DNA of 64,000 bases from Eledone cirrhosa (taxonomy: Eukaryota): the NCBI GenBank assembly GCA_964016885.1, contig OZ024765.1, positions 19,096,001-19,160,000 of the forward strand. The letters run 5' to 3'. Within the stretch, counting starts at the first letter, position 1, and each line of letters opens with the position of its first letter. The translations under genes were made by a program, and so were the position numbers. A model generated the notes under the pieces. The model saw only the letters and a list, made by a program, of their open reading frames with translations. It was not told the origin of the DNA and made no database searches. Positions 57,349 through 64,000 of the stretch are shown here, in pieces.

Positions 57349-57966
57349 TATCTATATATATATACATACATATATATATACACATATATCTATATATATA
57401 TATATATACATACATAATAATATATAAGATCAAAAGATGGTTAAAAGAGTTCCATGTATTTTATTATGCGCATTTCAAAAACAAATATCATCATGCAATA
57501 ACATTTGCGTTTTCATCAGATAAAATAGGGAGACATGATATGAAGGTTAAAACACACTTGTGAATAATGCAGTTTTAAATCAACATATGAAAATTAATTT
57601 TAGATTGATGTGTGATATTGGGAAAAAAATTGAGGGTGGGGGGGGGGGTGAAAAAGAGGAGGAGATGAGAGTAAAAAGTGGAGGGGGAGGAGTATAATGA
57701 GGAAGGATGAGATAGGAGGAGAGATGGGTGATAGAGAGAGAGAGATAGCTTTTATAACTGAGAAAAATATATTGTTTTATATAGAGAGGTTGAAAAACCG
57801 TTGGAAGATAATATATAAATTAAAAGAATTTGAAAATTAACTAAGAGAAAAATTTTAGAATAATGCATTGCTTTATTGTACTACAATAAAACTCACCTCC
57901 TACATATACATACATATATATATATATACACATATATCTATATATATATATATATATACACATATA

Positions 57967-58004
<38 letters not shown>

Positions 58005-58006
58005 TC

Positions 58007-58038
<32 letters not shown>

Positions 58039-58193
58039 CACATATATCTATATATATATATATATACATACATACATATATATACACATATATCTATATA
58101 TATATATATATATATACATACATATATACACATATATCTATATATATATATATACATACATATATATATATACACATATATCTATATATATAT

Positions 58194-59924
58194 AATGCAG
58201 TTCGGATTTGTGTCAGGCAAAAGTACCACAGACGCTGTTTTCATTGTACGACAACTACAGGAGAAGTACCTAGCTAAAAGTAAACCCCTATACTTAGCTT
58301 TCGTCGACTTGGAGAAAGCCTTCGACAGAGTCCCCCGTTCCATTATCTGGTGGGCTCTTAGAAAACTAGGTGTTGACGAATGGCTTGTGAGAGCTATACA
58401 AGCCATGTATAAAGAAACAGTCAGTAAGGTTAGAATTAACAACGAATATAGTGAAGAGTTTAGCGTAAAAGTTGGTGTCCATCAGGGCTCTGTTCTTAGC
58501 CCCCTACTATTTATTATTGCCCTTCAGGCTATAACAGAGGAGTTCAAGACCGGCTGCCCATGGGAACTCCTATACGCAGATGATCTAACGCTCATAGCTG
58601 AATCAATGACCGAACTAGAGAAGAAATTCCAAACATGGAAGCACGGCCTAGAATCAAAAGGCCTTAAAATTAACCTGGCTAAGACTAAAGTTCTAGTTTG
58701 TAGGAAAGAAAATAAGGCGGCAGTCCCATCTGGGAAATGGCCATGCTCAGTGTGTAGGAAAGGCGTAGGTAGAAACTCCATTTTATGTCCCAAATGCAAA
58801 GTATGGGTGCATAAAAGATGTAGTGGGATCACAGGTAAGTTAACTAAGAACATAGATTTTACATGTGGCCGGTGCTCTGGTGCAATAAGTAGCAGCAAGT
58901 GCCCACAAAATACTAGCTCCTTCAACTGCGCAGAGGGTTCTATAGAAATAGTGGACAGCTTCCGTTACCTGGGTGACAAAATCAGCAGTGGGGGAGGGTG
59001 CTCTGAAAGTACAGTAGCTAGAGTCAGAACTGGATGGAAAAAGTTCAGAGAGCTTATACCACTATTAGCCGCTAGAGGGTTCTCCCTAAAAATGGAAGGC
59101 AGGTTATACGATGCCTGCATACGAACAGCAATGCTGCATGGCAGTGAGACCTGGGCATTGTGTGCAGAGGATATACGCAGACTAGAGAGGAACGAAGCTT
59201 GCATGCTCCGCTGGATGTGCAATAGTAATATACGTGAACGGCAAAGCATAAACGAACTAAGGAAAAAATTAGAAATAAGAGGGATCAGATGTTGTTTACT
59301 CGAGAGAAGGCTACGTTGGTACGGTCACGTGATGCGCATGAAAGACGACAGCTGTATAACAAAGTGCAGGGCAATAAAGATAGACGGTAGCCACGGAGTA
59401 GGCAGACCCAGAAAAACATGGGACTAGCTGATAAATTCCGACCTCACACGCTTACACCTCTCCAAGACAATGTCACTGGACCGAGACCTTTGGCGGTACT
59501 CAGTAATAGAGAAGACCCACCTTACCTAAATACAAAGTAAAAACCTACTACAGTCAGTAGGCATCTCTATCAAAACACCCCCCCGTCCCACCACCTCCAC
59601 CCCATCCACACCGCCCCTTTCAATGTAAAGTTATGTTGGTCCCACAACATCCAGGCCGAAACAAATGAGATCGTGTAGGTGTCACGACAAAAAAACACAC
59701 AGTCCACGCTGTAAATGTGGCTGTGTAGGCAACACGGTAAAAACCTCCCAGCCCCACACTGTAAATGTGGTTGGTGTTAGGAAGGGCATCCCGCTGTAGA
59801 AAACCTGCCAGACAGTCCTATGCGAGCAAGACAACCACTCTTGCCTCAAGTGGGAAAACCCCCGTCCAAACCCATGCAAGCGTGGAACACGGACGCTAAA
59901 CCTGATGATGATGATGATGATGAT
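58194..59924 (+). mobile_element. RTE family A, 5'-truncated, in an HGSNAT intron (antisense)
   Basis: MQFGFVSG...GRPRKTWD* followed by UTR and tail. Confidence 0.95.
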
Positions 59925-60099
59925 ATATATACACATATATCTATATATACATACATATATATATACACATATATCTATCTATATATATATACATATATAC
60001 ACATATATCTATCTATATATATACATACATATATACACATATATCTATCTATATATATATATATATATATATATACATACATATATACACATATATCTA

Positions 60100-60130
<31 letters not shown>

Positions 60131-60135
<5 letters not shown>

Positions 60136-60389
60136 GTATTTTGCAATACACTTTATGCTTAATTAAAAGCATTTTGAAGACCGTATGCTATTGTTTTAGA
60201 GTAGTGACAAATTCACTTACTTTAATCTCAGCAAACAGGGGAGATAAGCCGACAAGGCCTTGTTTCGCTTTTGTTGAAGCTTATCAAGGCTAACTACCCC
60301 TCCTGTCTACTGAGATTACTGATGTTATATTCTTATAGAATTCTAGTAAATAAGCAGGGACTGATAAAGTGTATTGCAAAATACATTAT
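60131..60389. mobile_element. ~260-bp element with 26-bp terminal inverted repeats enclosing a hammerhead
   Basis: ATAATGTATTTTGCAATACACTTTAT pairs with ATAAAGTGTATTGCAAAATACATTAT. Confidence 0.8.
60223..60318 (-). ncRNA. Hammerhead ribozyme, family H3 (U3-A8 variant)
   Basis: AGCC-TTGATAA-GCTT(caacaa)AAGC-GAAA-CAAGGCCTTG-TC^GGCT with extended stem I (ACAGG/CCTGT, TAATCTCAG/CTGAGATTA). Confidence 0.75.
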
Positions 60390-60560
60390 ATATACATCCA
60401 TATATATATTGCTATTTCAGAGCTCCAATTCTAATTTTTAATTTCTGCCTGACCAACAATCGCTCTGTATAATCAGTCCCTGATGAAGGACTAACTTTAT
60501 TCATATGTAACCCATTAGCAACCACACAGCTCGTTTATTCTTATATATATATATATATAT

Positions 60561-60900
60561 ATTAATTCAAAATATTAACAAAATCGATATTCTTGTGATC
60601 AAGTATATTTTATTATACATATTTCAGAGGTACTGAATTAAGTTCAACAATACGTCCTCATCGATAAAATAAGATGATGCATGACATACACTGACATAGT
60701 AGATGGTTAAGATTCAGTCATGGTACTACCATGACTGAATCTTAACCATAAAATATACTTCATCACAAGAATATCTATTTGGTTAATATTTTGAATTAAT
60801 ATTAATAACTCTGGAAAACCATTACTGTTGAATGCTTCCAATCTATTGTAAAACTCATTCTTTGATTTATTCATTGAACCTTGTTTAACTTTTAAATATA
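60561..60900 (-). mobile_element. Penelope-like RT fragment with nested inversions
   Basis: EFYNRLEAFNSNGFPELLI resembles the PLE NGY/FP thumb motif; IR 60561-60613/60748-60800 and perfect hairpin 60703-60749. Confidence 0.45.
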
Positions 60901-60921
60901 TAAACATATATATATATATAT

Positions 60922-61149
60922 ATTAGAAATTAGAAATTATAAGCTTTCACCGTATTTTAGACTAAAGAAATTTCTCGCCTGATAGTGGGGTTTATAACCC
61001 TCGGAGAAATGGAAAAAGATGAGTGTTGCCGTACATGTACGACAACACTCATCTTTTTCCATTTCTCCGAGGGTTATAAACCCCACTATCAGGCTAGAAA
61101 TTTCTTTAGTCTAAAATACGGTGAAAGCTTATAATTTCTAATTTCTAAT
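60922..61149. repeat. Spacerless 228-bp palindrome
   Basis: Centre GTACA|TGTAC at 61035/61036; about 2 mismatches. Confidence 0.95.
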
Positions 61150-61221
61150 TTCAAACTCGCGCACCATTTCAAAAACATACTTATATGTTTACATTTATAA
61201 TTTGCTTGTATATATATATAT

Positions 61222-61964
61222 AGGCAAACTAACAGGGAGGGAGAAATATGTATGCAGTAGATGTACAGGGAAATTAGACAGTAGAAGTCGCACTGATAGA
61301 CACATTTTTCAAATGCGAGAGGGCGCTATAGAAGTGGTGGATAGCTTCCGGTACCTAGGAGATCAGATTAGCATGGGAGGAGGGTGTTCCGAGGCCATAG
61401 TATCTAGAATAAGGACGGGTTGGAAGAAGTTTAGGGAGCTGCTTCCTCTGTTGACGAAGAAGGGTTTCTCCCTGCGTACGAAAGGCCGGTTGTATGATGC
61501 CTGTGTGAGGAGCGCGATGCTGCATGGTAGTGAGACATGGGCAGCAACTGCAGAGGATATGCGACGGCTGGAGAGAAATGAGGCAAGCATGCTCCGTTGG
61601 ATGTGCAATGTCAATGTGTGTGAACGACCCAGCATAAATGTGTTGAGAGAGAAACTGTGTCTGTGAGGGATAGAATGTAGTGTACGGGAGAGGAGACTGA
61701 GGTGGTATGGACATGTGATGCGCATGGAGGATGACCGATGGGTGAAGAAGTGCCAGGATATGCCAGTTGAAGGAAGACGTGGTAGAGGTAAACCACGAAA
61801 AACATGGGCGGAGGTGGTGAGAACAGACCTCAGATCATTGAAGCTCATTGGAGATGACGAAGGACCGTGACGAGTGGAGAGATGCTGTGCTGAATAAGAC
61901 CCGTCCCACCCTTGCAAGCAGGGAAAAGCGGACGTAAAATGATGATGATGATGATGATGATGAT
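61222..61964 (+). mobile_element. RTE family C 3' fragment
   Basis: [18 protein letters not shown] and GKPRKTW with stops; almost no 3' UTR; (GAT)n tail. Confidence 0.9.
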
Positions 61965-62011
61965 ATATATATATATTCATAGGTAGATATATAGAATAGT
62001 CTATTACTGAC

Positions 62012-62124
62012 CTGCATATGTAAATGGTGCACCAGACCACCAGCCAAGGACATCAATGAGGACATAGAGAATGGTCAGCAGAAGGAAAGCAAAGCAAGCA
62101 TTGACCAAGATGAAGGAGAGAGAC
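62012..62124 (-). CDS. HGSNAT: HGSNAT penultimate coding exon (113 nt)
   Basis: ctctcaatag acceptor and CAG|gtcagt donor; SLSFILVNACFAFLLLTILYVLIDVLGWWSGAPFTYA(G) splices in frame to 56116. Confidence 0.93.
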
Positions 62125-62185
62125 CTATTGAGAGAAATGGAAAAAGGAGATAATACATGAACCTCACGCTAGATAGAGAATATAT

Positions 62186-62246
62186 ACTCTTTTACTCTTT
62201 TACCTGTTTCAGCCATCCGGCTGAGGCCATGCTGGGCACCGCCCTT
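62186..62246 (-). mobile_element. Short SINE/LINE tail fragment
   Basis: GGCGGTGCCCAGCATGGCC...GAAACAG followed by (GTAAAAGA)n. Confidence 0.5.
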
Positions 62247-62836
62247 GATATATATATATATTATTTTAGGAAAGTTGGTTGATCAGATAATCCATCGTCT
62301 TTGGTTGTAAACATACATATATAAACATATGCCAGTGGTATGGTGCATATTTCAGATATTCTCAGACATGACATCCTTAATTTAATTTTTCTTTATATAT
62401 ACTGCTCCTAAATAGTAGAGCTTTTTTTTCTTTTGAAAGGACTTGGCTGCTATTTCTAGCTGTCGATAATCCTTTTCACATCACTGGCTTGATAGGGGAG
62501 GGGGCAATGTGTATTTTTTTTTTTAAACCACACGTGCTTTTTGTCATTTCCTGGTTTGCTTTAGGTGTGTAATCACAAATAGTTAAATCTCCTTCTTTAC
62601 CGATGATCCGGGATTTGACTTCTGTGATTTACCAATTAATGGTGAAATATATTTCTTCAATGGAATATATACAAAGGAGATTAATCATTATTGCAAGGTA
62701 TATTCGAGGTTCTTGTTAATTTTTAATATGTTACCTCTGTAACTATGTGTGTTTACACCCTTTACAAATTATCTCCTGTAATTGTTTGGTGTGTTTATTT
62801 TATATATATATATGTCATTCAATTTTTAATTTAATG

Positions 62837-62880
<44 letters not shown>

Positions 62881-62902
62881 AATAAACAACATAAGATGAT
62901 TA

Positions 62903-62962
62903 TTTCATTTACCAGTGGTTTCTTGAAAGCATATATATCTGCTTTCAGTCGTCAGAATGAAA
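62903..62962 (-). ncRNA. Hammerhead ribozyme, family H2 (best copy)
   Basis: TTTCATT-CTGACGA-C-TGAAAGCA(gatatata)TGCTTTCA-A-GAAA-CCACTGG-TA^AATGAAA with a perfect 7-bp stem I. Confidence 0.75.
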
Positions 62963-63002
62963 AATCTTGGTGTTTTTATTGAATGTGGATTTGAAAAACT
63001 TG

Positions 63003-63047
<45 letters not shown>

Positions 63048-63049
<2 letters not shown>

Positions 63050-63329
63050 GAATTTCGTATATCTAAAGATATAAAGTATGTTTAATAAATAAACATTTTG
63101 AAAGCCCAGCTATGAATACTGAAAGGCTGACAGCTAGCGCCGTCTACCAGATTCCAGCAGAAACAGTGAGAGATAACTGTCTATGCACATTTCAAGCTAA
63201 TGGCTCTCATTGTAGTTTCTGCTGGAATCTGCTAGATGTCACTAGCTGTCAGCCTCTCTTCATAGCTGGGCTTTCAAAATGTTTATTTATTAAAGAAACT
63301 GTATATCTTTAGATATAAGAAATTTACAT
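63048..63329. mobile_element. Fold-back/MITE-like element (~115-bp imperfect arms)
   Basis: TTTAATAAATAAACATTTTGAAAGCCCAGCTATGAA and its complement; flanked by TA. Confidence 0.8.
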
Positions 63330-63444
63330 ACATATATGTATACAGCTATGCTGAAGCTAAATTTTGATTCCTATATATACATATGTAGCAATATCTGTAG
63401 ACATGGAAAGAAAAAAGGAAAACAGTGGTTAATCAGGAAGAGAG

Positions 63445-63639
63445 AAAACTCTCTTAGGAATTCTTCCCAGGGCTACCTCCTTACTCACCACCATAGGCGC
63501 TGAGCTGGCCAGCTGCAGGTGTGAGCCCCGCGAGTTGGAGTGGCTTTTCCAGCGCGTCTCCCTTGCCGTCCTCTGGGGAAACGCCTTCTCCATTCTGTCC
63601 GCCGGGGCTGTGGGTGGGCCCCATCGCATACCGGTGTAG
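63445..63639 (+). mobile_element. CRE-like REL retrotransposon C-terminal fragment
   Basis: ...EWLFQRVSLAVLWGNAFSILS..* resembles the FQRxSxAxQRGNA terminus. Confidence 0.65.
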
Positions 63640-64000
63640 TTGTTATATACAGATATTAACTCATCAATCCCATTCTCCTAATATTGTTATTTATTTAGTT
63701 TCAGAACTGAAATCTTCTGACAATTTACCCCGTTAATCCTAGTCATTAGATCTTTATAATCTTTTGAAAACATTGAATGACTTCTATATGTTGCAATTTC
63801 AAGTCAATCGGCGCATATAGGACGTGGTAATGAAACTGTGCAGTTCAGGGAAGTATAAATCTTAAGTAATCCACATGAACTCCATGTAAGTACATATGGA
63901 GGAAATGTTCTCCTATACAGGTTGCTGTCACTAAATCTTACAGACGTCCTCCATGTAAATATATATTCAGAGGCACCAATCTCCAAGGCAGGTTGCCTTC

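Noticed and set aside
60472-60535. CTGATGA motifs at ~60480, ~41207 and ~16477, and CTGATAG at ~23485 and ~60979, as hammerheads
   Set aside because: No properly placed stem II + GAAA + stem III; at most decayed relics.
62700-62730. INKNL peptide as the next upstream HGSNAT exon
   Set aside because: Lacks the following W, a donor site and upstream similarity; the real exon is probably beyond the window.

Overview
Repeat-saturated, AT-rich eukaryotic genomic DNA, most likely from an octopus or related coleoid cephalopod (inferred from the SINE/LINE types and the huge (TA)n tracts). Almost all YIYI-type ORFs in the track are microsatellite artefacts. One host gene is recognisable: the last two coding exons of HGSNAT on the minus strand (62012-62124 and 55941-56116). 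A second minus-strand gene at 5-19 kb is only weakly suggested. Retroelements include a full-length RTE-clade LINE ORF (APE + RT with an embedded PHD-type finger) with many truncated copies, two further RTE families, an intact CR1-like ORF2, R4/Dong, CRE-like and Penelope-like fragments, and two tRNA-derived SINE families. Several MITEs and five complex tandem arrays are also present. The most notable signals are: (i) short elements embedded in TA tracts that carry hammerhead ribozyme folds (five copies in three families, plus one fold-back half-ribozyme), two of them sense to HGSNAT introns and found with long fold-back palindromes; (ii) a ~60-copy 46-bp satellite in which nearly every unit holds a near-consensus CTCF motif; (iii) a SINE assembled from the 3' ends of two different RTE LINEs, both present in the window; (iv) satellites that arose inside an R4 endonuclease tail and from a SINE Pol III promoter. 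All calls were made by eye, with no searches or folding run.
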